Below, piece by piece: positions 41,556 through 52,100 of a stretch of 64,000 bases of DNA. Below the pieces are notes generated by a model. The model did no database searches. It was not told the origin of the DNA and saw only the letters and a program-made list of their open reading frames with translations. The first letter of the stretch is position 1; the number at the start of each line of letters is the position of its first letter. The translations under genes were made by a program, and so were the position numbers. The DNA comes from Thermodesulfobacteriota bacterium (GTDB lineage Bacteria > Desulfobacterota_D > UBA1144 > Nemesobacterales > UBA2774), in NCBI GenBank assembly GCA_965223335.1, contig OZ244991.1, positions 2,016,001-2,080,000 of the forward strand, given 5' to 3'.

Positions 41556-42917
41556 ATGAATACTGAACCAACAAAAATCAATAGATCCACTAAACCCATG
41601 ATCGCTGTGGTGGGCCGCCCGAATGTGGGGAAATCCACTCTATTTAACCGCATAATTCAGCAGCGAAAAGCCATAGTTGAGGATATTCCGGGGGTGACCA
41701 GGGACCGTATCTATGCCGATGCGGAATGGGATGGGTACGAATTTAGCCTGATCGACACAGGCGGGTTTGATCCCGAGTCCGAGGAGCTCTATCCATCGTT
41801 GATCAAGGATCAGATTCATATCGCCATAGAGGAAGCCGACGTCATTTTAGCTGTATTTGACGGAGAGCAGGGTGTGATGCCCTATGACGCGGATGTGGTA
41901 GAGTTGCTTAGAAGATCAGAGAAACCGGTGATATATGCGGTAAACAAAATAGACCACGAGCGGCACGAGCAGAGGAAGTACGACTTCCACAGTCTGGGCG
42001 TCGAGGATATGGTGTGTATCTCGGCGCAGCATGGAAGGAACATAAACGATCTGCTGGATGAGATTGTGAGAAGGCTCCCGCCTTATGACGTCGAATCCGA
42101 ACAAGACGATGAAGACGTAATCGGGATTGCAGTGCTTGGTAAACCCAACGTAGGTAAATCCACATTGGTCAACTACATACTCGGTGAGCAACGGCTTATC
42201 ACCAGCCCTGTCCCAGGCACCACGAGGGATTCTATAGACAGCTATGTGGAGAGGGACGGCAAAAAGTATCTGCTGATCGACACTGCCGGGATAAGGAGGA
42301 AGTCCAGGGTTTCGCAAGTGCTGGAAAAGCATAGTGTCTTTAGGGCAGTACGTGCGATGGAGCGGGCAGACATCGTGCTGCTTATGATTGACGCCGAGGA
42401 AGGTCCCACACACCAGGATGCGAGGCTCGCAACTCTCGTGGAGGACAGAGGACGGGGATGCATCATACTGCTTAACAAATGGGACCTGGTGCCGCAGGAT
42501 GTGGCTAAAACACCGGGGATAGAAAACATTCTTAGGGATAAGCTCTTGGCTGTGAAGTTTGCTCCAGTGGTTATAATATCGGCGCTCACCGGACGGGGAG
42601 TGAATAAAATATTTCCGAAAATCGAAGAGGTATTTGAGAACTTCACGCGTAGAATACCGACAAAGAAACTAAACAGTTTTTTAAAGAAGCTGATCGAGGA
42701 AACCCCGCCCCCGCTCTATAAGGGGAAGGAGGTAAAGTTTTATTATATCTCGCAGCCTATGGTTAAACAGCCCACCTTTGTTATATTCACAAATCAAACA
42801 AAAGCCATAGCCGAGAATTATAAAAGGTTTATTGAGAATAGGTTTAGAGACGAGTTTGAGCTCACTGGTACCCCTGTAAAGTTCTTGTATAGGTCAGAGC
42901 GTGATAAGAAAAGATAA
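41556..42917 (+). CDS. der: Ribosome biogenesis GTPase Der
   Basis: Two G domains (GRPNVGKS/DTGG and GKPNVGKS/DTAG). Confidence 0.97.
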   Translation: MNTEPTKINRSTKPMIAVVGRPNVGKSTLFNRIIQQRKAIVEDIPGVTRDRIYADAEWDGYEFSLIDTGGFDPESEELYPSLIKDQIHIAIEEADVILAVFDGEQGVMPYDADVVELLRRSEKPVIYAVNKIDHERHEQRKYDFHSLGVEDMVCISAQHGRNINDLLDEIVRRLPPYDVESEQDDEDVIGIAVLGKPNVGKSTLVNYILGEQRLITSPVPGTTRDSIDSYVERDGKKYLLIDTAGIRRKSRVSQVLEKHSVFRAVRAMERADIVLLMIDAEEGPTHQDARLATLVEDRGRGCIILLNKWDLVPQDVAKTPGIENILRDKLLAVKFAPVVIISALTGRGVNKIFPKIEEVFENFTRRIPTKKLNSFLKKLIEETPPPLYKGKEVKFYYISQPMVKQPTFVIFTNQTKAIAENYKRFIENRFRDEFELTGTPVKFLYRSERDKKR

Positions 42918-42926
42918 ACTTTGAAT

Positions 42927-44165
42927 CTAGCTGCCACGTGCTACTTCCAATATGTAATCTTGTATATCCTTGGTGCGGTCTTTGGCTACGAAGAGTTCAC
43001 ACGCTCGTTTGCGCCCTGCCCTGCCCATCTTGCGCCTAAGCGTTGGGTTCTCTATTAGCTCTAATATTGCTTTGCCCACTGCGTCTGTATCACCCGATTC
43101 GCACAGCGTGCCTGTCACACCGTTGTCTACGGACTCGACAATTCCACCCATCTTAAACCCTATGACCGGTAGCGCGTATGACATGGCTTCGATCACAACT
43201 CTAGGGAACGGGTCGGGGTAATCGGATGGGATCACGAATATATCGAAATCTGTGAGTGATTGCCTGACGTCGCTTCTGTAGCCGGTGAATATAAACGAGT
43301 CGCCCAGCCCGTAGTCATGGACCTTTTTCTTAAGGTTGCTCAAATGGTCGTCGAAAAAGTAAGGTGTGTCGCCCACGATCACAAATTTAACCTTCTCTGC
43401 CTTGTTGCCGATGTTCTCGGACACATAACGGGCGGCCTCGATAAACTTATCGTAACCCTTCCGCGGCACTATCCTCCCTGTGCTTCCGACTACCACAGCG
43501 GTTTTTGGGATTTTGTAGGTCGACCTAAGGTTACCTTCGGTGGTCTTGGGGTCGTAGGCTTCGGGGTCTATGCCGTTATGTACAACCACCACCTTTTCTT
43601 TTCCGTTTCTAAACTGGTGGGCGGTTGGGCCCGAGACTGCGATGATCTTTTTTACAGAGGGGGATGCAGCCAAGAGGTTCATCACGGTGTCTAATAGCCA
43701 GGTCTGCTGTATGTTCCTTACGTGCCATATCACAGGTCTAAAATTGATAAGCCCTATAAAGGCCCCCACGATCTTGGCCTGTGTGCCGTTACAGTAGACA
43801 ATATCGATCTTATTGTTACGAATCAGAAACGGGGAAGTGATTATTAGGCTTATGAGGTCTAGGATATTGAGGAGTATTGATACGAGCTTATTGATACCTG
43901 AAAATGATTGCATGTCGTCGGCAGATGCTAAACGAGGGCGCTTTAAATTCTCGGGGAACCGCTTGTCGAGAATAATGTTTTCGTAGATACCTTCGTGTTT
44001 AAGTCGCTCGGAAAATACATCGTCTTTGGGGATCAGCACATGGGGCTCTACTTTGGTTCTATCGAGGTATTTAAGGATATAAAATAGGCTTTTACCCGGA
44101 CCCCCGTCGCGAATCGAGTGGTTTATGAACAGTACCTGAGTGGGTGTGTCGGAATTCGTATTCAT
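42927..44165 (-). CDS. Glycosyltransferase family 4
   Basis: GRIVPRKG, DPFPRVVIEAM; start taken at MNTNS. Confidence 0.9.
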   Translation of the reverse strand: MNTNSDTPTQVLFINHSIRDGGPGKSLFYILKYLDRTKVEPHVLIPKDDVFSERLKHEGIYENIILDKRFPENLKRPRLASADDMQSFSGINKLVSILLNILDLISLIITSPFLIRNNKIDIVYCNGTQAKIVGAFIGLINFRPVIWHVRNIQQTWLLDTVMNLLAASPSVKKIIAVSGPTAHQFRNGKEKVVVVHNGIDPEAYDPKTTEGNLRSTYKIPKTAVVVGSTGRIVPRKGYDKFIEAARYVSENIGNKAEKVKFVIVGDTPYFFDDHLSNLKKKVHDYGLGDSFIFTGYRSDVRQSLTDFDIFVIPSDYPDPFPRVVIEAMSYALPVIGFKMGGIVESVDNGVTGTLCESGDTDAVGKAILELIENPTLRRKMGRAGRKRACELFVAKDRTKDIQDYILEVARGS

Positions 44166-44293
44166 GACTAAATATAAACTTAGACTGTGCAATCTACCAT
44201 GAATATTAGTGATATGCTAATAACATCAATAATGAAAATTTGTTGCGACGAGGTATAATATTGATTAATTAATTTGTAGAAAGTGGAGGCGAG

Positions 44294-44971
44294 ATGACTA
44301 ATAGTAAGGTGCGTTACAGTTTGCGGAATACTGTACTAACTGTGTTATTCGGCATTCTATTGATCGGTGGGTGCGATGTTGACTTTGGCGGAGGTGGTAA
44401 CGGTGGGAGTAGCGGGGGTGGTAACAGCACATCTAACATAGAGACTGTTCAGGGAACCATTGTGAGCACAATTCCGGAGATCGGAATAGACAGTATTACC
44501 GTACAGGTAGAGGACACCGACACTCAGACCGTATTCTCCGATGTGACTAATGCGTCGGGGTTTTTCTCGATTACTGGCACATTTGCCGGGAGTCCTGAAA
44601 TGGAGTTTCTAAACGAAGACCTGACCTCGCTGGCGAGGATATTTATAAATGTGTTTCCGGGTGCAAGGGTCGAGTTTGGTGACATAAGGCTTGAGAACGG
44701 TACCGCTATATTTGATGATAACACGGATGTGACGTTTGAGGGGGATGTGGTCTCGAATGACTGTACAACTAATTCGGGGACCCTAGAGGTGCTGGCTAAA
44801 AATAGCAGTGATGAGATTGAGGTATTAGTTCAGATAACTGCGGCTACGGATATTATTAGAGAAGATGAAACTGTTGACTGCGAAGATTTGCTCATAGGAC
44901 AGAACATCGAGGTACGGGGAATTTTGCTTTTGGGTAATAGTGTGGATGCGTTTAGGATAGATATACAGTAA
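44294..44971 (+). CDS. Putative lipoprotein (beta-rich, DUF5666-like C-terminus)
   Basis: Lipobox IGG|C, Gly/Ser linker, SD GGAGG. Confidence 0.7.
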   Translation: MTNSKVRYSLRNTVLTVLFGILLIGGCDVDFGGGGNGGSSGGGNSTSNIETVQGTIVSTIPEIGIDSITVQVEDTDTQTVFSDVTNASGFFSITGTFAGSPEMEFLNEDLTSLARIFINVFPGARVEFGDIRLENGTAIFDDNTDVTFEGDVVSNDCTTNSGTLEVLAKNSSDEIEVLVQITAATDIIREDETVDCEDLLIGQNIEVRGILLLGNSVDAFRIDIQ

Positions 44972-44973
44972 GC

Positions 44974-45579
44974 CTACTTCTCTTTGTCTAAAGAATCGAC
45001 TTTATCTTCGAGCTGTTTGATTTTCCTGAGCAGGAGCTCTACTTCCTGGGACTGCTGTTTAATTGTTTTGTTTGATCTCGGTCTTGTTTCGGTCTTGTGG
45101 TCGGAGTTGCCGTCTTCGGTATCATCGGTAGAGGGTTCGTCGCCTGCCCCCCCAAAGTTCTCGAAGCTCTCGGGTAGTTTTAGTCCCGGGGGGAACCAGC
45201 CTATGTCTTTCCACATCTTTATGTTCTTTTTCATCATGTTTTCCTGCACTGAGAGGTAGGGCTGGAACATCATGAGGAAATAGTTTTCAAAAAAGTCTTT
45301 TGCAATCTTGTTGCCGTATTTTATTAGCATATGCAAAAAAGATACGGGGAGTATATCTTCTTTGTTTTTTTCACTCTCTAGGATTACTTGGATTAAAATA
45401 ACCTTGGAGATATCCTCGCCGGTCTGTGAATCGATCACACGTACTTCATCGCCATCGCGTATCATGTCGGATATATCTTCGAGTGTGACGTATCTCTTAT
45501 GAGTAGAATCGTAGAGCCTGCGGTTGCTATATTTCTTAATCACAATCGGGCCCTGTGAGTTGTTGTGGTCTCTGGCCAT
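44974..45579 (-). CDS. PhaR-like polyhydroxyalkanoate synthesis regulator
   Basis: IKKYSNRRLYD..YVTL..TGEDIS DNA-binding domain. Confidence 0.85.
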   Translation of the reverse strand: MARDHNNSQGPIVIKKYSNRRLYDSTHKRYVTLEDISDMIRDGDEVRVIDSQTGEDISKVILIQVILESEKNKEDILPVSFLHMLIKYGNKIAKDFFENYFLMMFQPYLSVQENMMKKNIKMWKDIGWFPPGLKLPESFENFGGAGDEPSTDDTEDGNSDHKTETRPRSNKTIKQQSQEVELLLRKIKQLEDKVDSLDKEK

Positions 45580-45709
45580 TAGTATTATTATTCAAACAAT
45601 CGGTATGCAGTCAAGAAAACGGACACAATATACTTGACAACCTATTGAATAAAAAGGATTATTTTATAGATTTAAATTGGGCTGGTTTTTACCAGAGGAG
45701 TAGATAATT

Positions 45710-46666
45710 ATGACGTCCAAGCCTTATAAAATTTGGTTTAATAATGAGATGGTTTCGTGGGACGATGCCATTGTGCATGTGCTCGCACACACGCTTCATT
45801 ACGGCCTGGCGGTGTTTGAGGGCATACGCGCATACAGGTGTGACGACACGCAGTCTGCGGTGTTTAGGCTCGATGATCATGTGAACAGGCTCTATTCCTC
45901 AGCACATATTGCTCAGATGGAGATACCGTATACAAAGGAGCAGGCCAAGGAAGCCATTTTGGAGCTCCTAGTAGTAAACGACCTGGACGAAGCATACATA
46001 AGACCCATTGCATTTATCGGTGGGGGCAAGATAGGTCTTCATCCCGGGGATAACCCCATCAACCTGGTTATAGCCGCCTATCCTTGGGGTACGTATCTGG
46101 GCGAAGGGGCGTTGACAAAGGGAATCACCACAAAGATATCTTCGTACACGAGGATGGCTGTAAATTCCTTTATGACCAAAGCCAAGATAAGTGGTAACTA
46201 TGTGAACTCGGTACAGGCCAAGCTCGAGGCGACCTCGCTTGGGTTTGACGAAGCTATATTGCTCGATAGCGAGGGCTATGTGGCCGAGGGAAGCGGAGAG
46301 AACATATTCATTGTAAAAGACGGACTGTTGAAATCCCCGCCGTTGACCTCGGTGCTCGACGGTATAACCAGAAGATCAGTAATGGAGATTGCAAAGGATG
46401 AGGGGATAGAGGTGGATGAGCAGAGGTTCTCGCGCGATGAACTGTACATAGCCGACGAAGCCTTCTTTACAGGGACGGCAGCCGAGATTACTCCGATTAG
46501 AGAGGTAGACCGTAGAGCTATTGGCGAGGGTAAACTAGGCCCTGTTACTAAAAAACTGCAGTCACGGTTTTTTGAGATCGTTGAGGGCAGGGATCCGCGT
46601 TACATTAAATGGCTTGAGTACTACCCGGTTAGTGCGTCGCTAAAAGTTAAAAATGAGTCTCTATAA
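45710..46666 (+). CDS. ilvE: Branched-chain amino acid aminotransferase
   Basis: LHYGLAVFEG, AKISGNY, EGSGEN, GTAAEI. Confidence 0.96.
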   Translation: MTSKPYKIWFNNEMVSWDDAIVHVLAHTLHYGLAVFEGIRAYRCDDTQSAVFRLDDHVNRLYSSAHIAQMEIPYTKEQAKEAILELLVVNDLDEAYIRPIAFIGGGKIGLHPGDNPINLVIAAYPWGTYLGEGALTKGITTKISSYTRMAVNSFMTKAKISGNYVNSVQAKLEATSLGFDEAILLDSEGYVAEGSGENIFIVKDGLLKSPPLTSVLDGITRRSVMEIAKDEGIEVDEQRFSRDELYIADEAFFTGTAAEITPIREVDRRAIGEGKLGPVTKKLQSRFFEIVEGRDPRYIKWLEYYPVSASLKVKNESL

Positions 46667-47105
46667 GGGACACATTGCAGGCGGCGTGTTTGCTTTCCTA
46701 ATATATCTAGTATTCCTTGTTGTACTATTTCCCTTTAAACCCAGTTTCGAGATTATTGTGTGGTTCGTGCTCTGTATTCTAGGGGCCTTATGGCCCGATG
46801 TCGATACGAGCAGTTTTGGGCAGAAACTTTTTTACGGGGGCTTTTTGGTGTTTGACACGGTGCTCCTGCTGATGGGACGGTATAAAGAAGCAGCACTCCT
46901 GGGGTTCTTTGCACTGCTACCCATAGTCGGCAAGCACAGGGGGTGGAATCATTCTATATCCGCAGCGTTTCTGGTCCCCTCGCCACTTCTTTTTTTGCCT
47001 CTCGTAAAACCCGACCTGGGAGTGGGCGGGCTTGAGTACTACACACCTGTGGTAATCGGTTACATGAGTCACCTGGTTTTGGACCGTGAGCTAAAGCTCT
47101 ATTGA
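46653..47105 (+). CDS. YdjM-like membrane metal-dependent hydrolase
   Basis: H..PDVD..HRGWNHS..SHLVLD. Confidence 0.85.
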   Translation: MSLYKGHIAGGVFAFLIYLVFLVVLFPFKPSFEIIVWFVLCILGALWPDVDTSSFGQKLFYGGFLVFDTVLLLMGRYKEAALLGFFALLPIVGKHRGWNHSISAAFLVPSPLLFLPLVKPDLGVGGLEYYTPVVIGYMSHLVLDRELKLY

Positions 47106-47111
47106 CAGGGG

Positions 47112-48764
47112 TTAATCGATTTTGATCTGAAACGGCATTAGCGCCAAGATCTTGTCACGGTTTAGTGTTTGGGTATATTCAACGATCTCTTCTAGCTTTG
47201 AGAGGGTTGTTGTGAAGCCGAACAAGGGGTTTATGCGGATCCATGGGGGTTTAGATAAAAATTTGATGACGGGGTGCGAATGAGTGGGGATCTGGGCTAG
47301 TTCCCTTACCAAATTAAGCGCTTCGACAATACCCCCGTGTGTGTCGACAAGCCCGTTTTGTTTGGCCTGTGCACCGGTCCATACCCTGCCCTGTGCGAGC
47401 TTGTCCGTGGCGTCATAAGAGATGTTCCTTGCTCCTGAGACCGTTGTGACAAACTGTTTGTAGTAGGTTTGTATCATCTCCTCGAGTTTGTCGTCTTCTG
47501 AGTCCGAGAGTTTTTTGTTCGGCGAGTATATAAGCGCGTTTTTGCCCCTGGGGATCATCTCTTTTTTGATCTCTGCTTTTTGGAGCAGGCCGCTTACATT
47601 TAGCTTGCCGGCTATTACACCGATTGAGCCCGTGAGTGTCATGGGATCGGCCACGATGGTTTTGGAGCCGAGGGAGATGAGGTACCCGCCCGATGCTGCT
47701 ACATCGGACATGGATATGACAACGGGGACTTTTTCGCTCAGTGCACAAAGCTCGTTTCTGATCAAGTCGGAGGCAAGCCCTGAGCCCCCAGGGCTAAGGA
47801 TACGCAACACTACCCCACGAAGGTCTCGTCGCTGGGACAGGTTCTTTAGCTCTGCTATGAGTGAGGCGGAGCCGATTGTCGAATACTGTTTGCCGTCACG
47901 TCTCTTGCCGCTTGTTATTGTGCCTGTTTCCGATATGATCGCGATCATGCCGGGTCCGATCCATAACTTGTTTAGAATCGAGGGTAGTAGGTTTCTCATA
48001 CTGATTTTAGAGGCATAGAACTCTGCACCTACGAATACGGGGTCCTGTAAGGACCTCTTCTCTATGATAGCCTCGATATCACTTTCGTAGCCTACCTCGT
48101 CTATAAGACCCTTTGAGGCTGCTTTTTCGGCAACATAGGGGCCTTGATCTATAAGCCCGCGCATGCTCTTTGGAGTTATACCGCGTCCCGAAGATATGTA
48201 GCCTATGAACTGGTCATAGAGGTCATCCAGAATGCTGTCTAACATCTCCTTGTGTGCCTTTGAAATTGAGTCGGCGGTATAGGTCTCGGCTGCGCTCTTA
48301 TATTTGCCTAGGGCCTTGAATTCGGCTTCTATGCCGAGTTTGGATAGGAGGTTTTTAAGGAGTGTGACCTCGGCTTTAAGCCCTATAAGGTTTAGTGTAC
48401 ACCACGGTGGGGAGATAATTACATTCGCCGCTGAGGCTATCATATATTCGATGTTGCCTCCGCTCTCCAGGTAAGCATAAACGTGTTTACCGGCCCGACC
48501 CACTGCCTCTAGCCTAGTTCTTATGAGATTTGCCCGGGCGAGCCCTGTTTTAAGGTCGCGTATCTTTACGACTATGCCCTGTACGGAGGGGTTTGTTTCC
48601 GCCTCGTGGAGTATGAGCTCAAGTTTGGGCAGAGAGAGTTTTTTCTGTTCCATTACGAACGGGATGAGAGGTTTTTTTTCGTCTTCAGGCACCTCACCCT
48701 CGAGCTCTAGAGTTACGTAGCGCTGTTGGTTGTAGAGACCTAAATGATATAGGAGATAGCCCAT
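47112..48764 (-). CDS. sppA: Signal peptide peptidase SppA (67K-type, S49)
   Basis: GKYKSAAE, SPGGSG, AASGGY, TGSIGV, GRVWTG. Confidence 0.92.
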   Translation of the reverse strand: MGYLLYHLGLYNQQRYVTLELEGEVPEDEKKPLIPFVMEQKKLSLPKLELILHEAETNPSVQGIVVKIRDLKTGLARANLIRTRLEAVGRAGKHVYAYLESGGNIEYMIASAANVIISPPWCTLNLIGLKAEVTLLKNLLSKLGIEAEFKALGKYKSAAETYTADSISKAHKEMLDSILDDLYDQFIGYISSGRGITPKSMRGLIDQGPYVAEKAASKGLIDEVGYESDIEAIIEKRSLQDPVFVGAEFYASKISMRNLLPSILNKLWIGPGMIAIISETGTITSGKRRDGKQYSTIGSASLIAELKNLSQRRDLRGVVLRILSPGGSGLASDLIRNELCALSEKVPVVISMSDVAASGGYLISLGSKTIVADPMTLTGSIGVIAGKLNVSGLLQKAEIKKEMIPRGKNALIYSPNKKLSDSEDDKLEEMIQTYYKQFVTTVSGARNISYDATDKLAQGRVWTGAQAKQNGLVDTHGGIVEALNLVRELAQIPTHSHPVIKFLSKPPWIRINPLFGFTTTLSKLEEIVEYTQTLNRDKILALMPFQIKID

Positions 48765-48778
48765 GATCGTATCGTAAT

Positions 48779-50260
48779 TTATTTGCTGCCTAAATAACTG
48801 AGTATGGTACGTACACCGAAACCTGTACCACCTTTGGGCTGGCTTCGAGTGGCTGAGTCCATAAACGCGGGGCCTGCGATGTCGATGTGAGCCCAGGGGG
48901 TGTTGCCGACAAAGTGCTCTAGGAATATTGCTGCGGTTATGGCCCCGCCCCAGCGGCTGCCTGCGTTTTTGACATCGGCGATGTCGCTTTCCATCTCTTT
49001 TCGAAGCTCATCGTCCATAGGGAGCTGCCACATCTTTTCCCCTGCGTTTCTTGAGGCATTTAGGATCTTATCGATAAGAGCCTGGTTGTTGCCCATTACA
49101 CCGGCCGTGTAGCTGCCGAGACCTACGATACAAGCCCCTGTGAGTGTTGCGAGATCGACAATCTCCTGCACCTTGAGCTTAACAGCATACGAGAGGGCGT
49201 CGGAGAGCACCACCCTGCCCTCTGCGTCGGTGTTTATTATCTCTATGGTTTTGCCGTTTAAGGCGGTAACAACATCATCGGGTTTATAAGCGCTTGCACC
49301 CGTCATGTTCTCGGTGGCGGAAATAAGGCCGTGCACATGCACTGCCGGTTTCAGTTTAGACACCGCCTTCATTACACCCAAAACCACTGCGGACCCGGCC
49401 ATATCCATTTTCATGGTCTTCATGCCGTCGGGTGGTTTTAAGCATAGACCCCCGGAATCGAAGGTTATACCTTTGCCCACAATTGCAACACTTTTTTTTG
49501 TCTTTCTATGAGGTGTGTATTCGAGGTGTATGAACCTGGGTGGCTCGCTGCTGCCGAGTGATACCCCTAACAGCCCGCCCATCTTTCTTTTCTTTATCTC
49601 GTGCTCATCGAACACCGTGCATTTAAGCCCGCCCTCGGCGGCAATCTCCTCGGCAAGCTGCGCGAGCTTGGTAGGAGTGAGTGTCACCGGGGGTTCATTT
49701 ACGAGGTCGCGTGTAAACACTACGGAGTCGGATATTGTGTTGGCTTTGACTGCTATGTTGTTATCCTCTATGAACTTTTTGTTTTTGATCTGTTTTGATA
49801 TGAAGACTATTGAGTCAATGGTGCTTTGTTTGTTTTCTTTGGACTTGTATTTATTGAAACTGTAAGTGCCCAGCCTCACCCCCTCGGCAAAGGCCTGTAT
49901 CTGGGAGCTTTGGGTGATGGTGTCCAGGTATATGCCGATGGTTTTAGAGAAATGTTTGGTTTTATTGGCGATAATTACACCTACTTCCCTGGCAGTGGCG
50001 GAATTGAATTTGCTCTTTTTTCCAAGTCCCACTATCAATACTCTGTCGGCTCGGATCTTGGAGTTTATACTGTTGATCATCATGCTCTGACCTAATTCCC
50101 CATTGAATTTCTCGTCGGCTGACATTATAATTATTGTATTGGTTAATAAGTCATTTATTTTTTTCGTAGATGTGTTATATTGTATGTTTGTGAATATTCC
50201 CATAACTAAAACATCGCAATCCACGCGCTGGGGTTCTTTGTTGGTTAATGAGATGTTCAT
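48779..50260 (-). CDS. pepA: Leucyl aminopeptidase (M17)
   Basis: GKGITFDSGG, MKMDMAG, NTDAEGR, HIDIAG. Confidence 0.96.
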   Translation of the reverse strand: MNISLTNKEPQRVDCDVLVMGIFTNIQYNTSTKKINDLLTNTIIIMSADEKFNGELGQSMMINSINSKIRADRVLIVGLGKKSKFNSATAREVGVIIANKTKHFSKTIGIYLDTITQSSQIQAFAEGVRLGTYSFNKYKSKENKQSTIDSIVFISKQIKNKKFIEDNNIAVKANTISDSVVFTRDLVNEPPVTLTPTKLAQLAEEIAAEGGLKCTVFDEHEIKKRKMGGLLGVSLGSSEPPRFIHLEYTPHRKTKKSVAIVGKGITFDSGGLCLKPPDGMKTMKMDMAGSAVVLGVMKAVSKLKPAVHVHGLISATENMTGASAYKPDDVVTALNGKTIEIINTDAEGRVVLSDALSYAVKLKVQEIVDLATLTGACIVGLGSYTAGVMGNNQALIDKILNASRNAGEKMWQLPMDDELRKEMESDIADVKNAGSRWGGAITAAIFLEHFVGNTPWAHIDIAGPAFMDSATRSQPKGGTGFGVRTILSYLGSK

Positions 50261-50519
50261 CTGTTCCTCCTGATAATATGTGCTTTGCCGATTAGCATAC
50301 CATTATGAGCGAGGAACTAAAAAAAGTCATCAATAAAATGCAATGATGGCTGGGTCAATTAAGTTTTTATTGTACTTGAGTCCTTCTTTTCTAAATCGGC
50401 ATCAAATGCTGTAATAATCAAACAAATTATTTAAAGATAGACAACATCCCTGTTTTGTGTTAATATATATTTATCATTATTGGTATGTGTTCACAAAACA
50501 TAGTAGGAGGCGATTATAT

Positions 50520-50786
50520 ATGGGATGTCCTTACAAAGCGATAGCAGATGACACAAGGCGTAAAATCCTTGAGTTTCTAAGCAACGGAGAAACAGCGGCT
50601 GGTGATATAGCTTGCAAGTTTGAGATATCTAAACCCGCTATTTCTAACCATCTCAAGATTTTGAAGGAAGCCGATATCGTCAGTGAGCGGAAAGTCAAGC
50701 AGAATAGACTTTACTCCTTGAACGAAGACAGCATTGATGATATTACGGTATTCCTAAACTCATTAACACACAGCAACGGTCAGTAG
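50520..50786 (+). CDS. ArsR/SmtB-family regulator, copy 1
   Basis: RRKILEFL, AISNHLKILKEA, YSLN; SD AGGAGG; promoter TAGACA-17-TAATAT (50438-50466). Confidence 0.9.
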   Translation: MGCPYKAIADDTRRKILEFLSNGETAAGDIACKFEISKPAISNHLKILKEADIVSERKVKQNRLYSLNEDSIDDITVFLNSLTHSNGQ

Positions 50787-50850
50787 AGAGTTTATTATCA
50801 ACTATATTTTTTTAGGTTAAGTACTGTTGCTTGTTCCAACTCAAAACATG

Positions 50851-50890
50851 AAGGGCCGGGTTGTCCTCTTTGGGCTCTGGCCCTTGATTT
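50851..50890 (+). terminator. Stem-loop after ArsR copy 1 (possible terminator)
   Basis: AAGGGCCGGG...TCTGGCCCTT inverted repeat with a weak U tract. Confidence 0.45.
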
Positions 50891-51603
50891 ACCCTCTGTA
50901 TATATTTACATCTGAGTACTCAAAAATTAGTAGAAGCCCACATATTATTTTTATATAATTTCGTTAGGCAATAAATCCTACTTTTGTCTTGGAATTGCCC
51001 TTCCCTCATTTCTCCTAAATCTATCTTGCACTCTGGTTTAAAGTTTCTACAAGGTTACCTATAATCAATATTACACATATATAGTACATAGCATTATTCT
51101 ATGCAGATAAATATATATATCTATAAGGGATATGTATATATCATATCAATATAGATTCTAGCTTGTATATAAAACATAGTATATGAATTAAAATAATCTG
51201 TTATTACTGCTCTATGACTACTTAAAATGCTATAGATTATATAATGCCTAAAGTTACTTTAACTTTGATGCCTGAATTAGATTTTACTTTAAATTCGATT
51301 CTTGAATTAAATAAGAGGTTTACATCGTATCTTTATTTGTGTTTAGGAACTATTCAGCGACAAAAAAAGCATAGTTCAAGCGTGCCAAAAATACCTAATA
51401 CGCACAATGAAGTTATTATATGTAACAATAAGAGGCAGATAGCCATCATATATCAACCTATAACTTAAGTAATGAAAATTCTTAAAGGTAGTCTTTAATA
51501 GGGTTTAAAAAACTATTAATTAATGATTGCGAGAAATCGTGTATTTATCTGTTATTATGAGATAATATCTGTTGGGGTACATCTGGGAACTTACCTTATA
51601 ATC

Positions 51604-52056
51604 ATGAAGGAATATATATTGGAATGTAGTAATGTAACACTTATTAAAAACGAAAACATTATTCTTAAAGATATTAATTTTCGTTTGCAATCTTCTAAGA
51701 GTTATTTACTGGTCGGGCCTTCTGGGGCCGGCAAAACCTCACTTTTAAGACTCTTAAACACTATGGATAGCCCTACACATGGAGATATCGTGTATGACGG
51801 AAAGAATATTAAAGAGTATCCGAAAACTGAGCTCAGGAGAAAAATATCACTTGTCTTCCAAATAGCATTTATGTTCCCGGGGATGATGACCGGTCAAATA
51901 ATCTCGGGTACCTCGCCCCTGGTAGCGGTTAAGTACCAGATAATCATAATGTATATGATTGCTCTATCCGTAGGGTTGAGCTCATACCTATTAACCTATT
52001 TTCGATTCAGGTCGTATTTTACAAAAGACCATCAGTTAAAAGAAATTGCTATGTAG
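51604..52056 (+). pseudogene. In-frame chimera of an ABC ATPase N-half (FetA-like) and a FetB/YbbM permease C-terminus
   Basis: Walker A GPSGAGKT and Q-loop VFQ run directly into PGMMTGQIISGTSPLVAVKYQI; no signature motif or Walker B. Confidence 0.8.
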
Positions 52057-52100
52057 TGAATCAGAGTGTGTCGATAGCCAATCTAAAGGAGAGTGTAACC

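Noticed and set aside
51244..51468. 74-aa ORF in the AT-rich gap, and a 29-codon minus-strand ORF starting near 51009
   Set aside because: No usable SD spacing, no motif and atypical composition; likely spurious.
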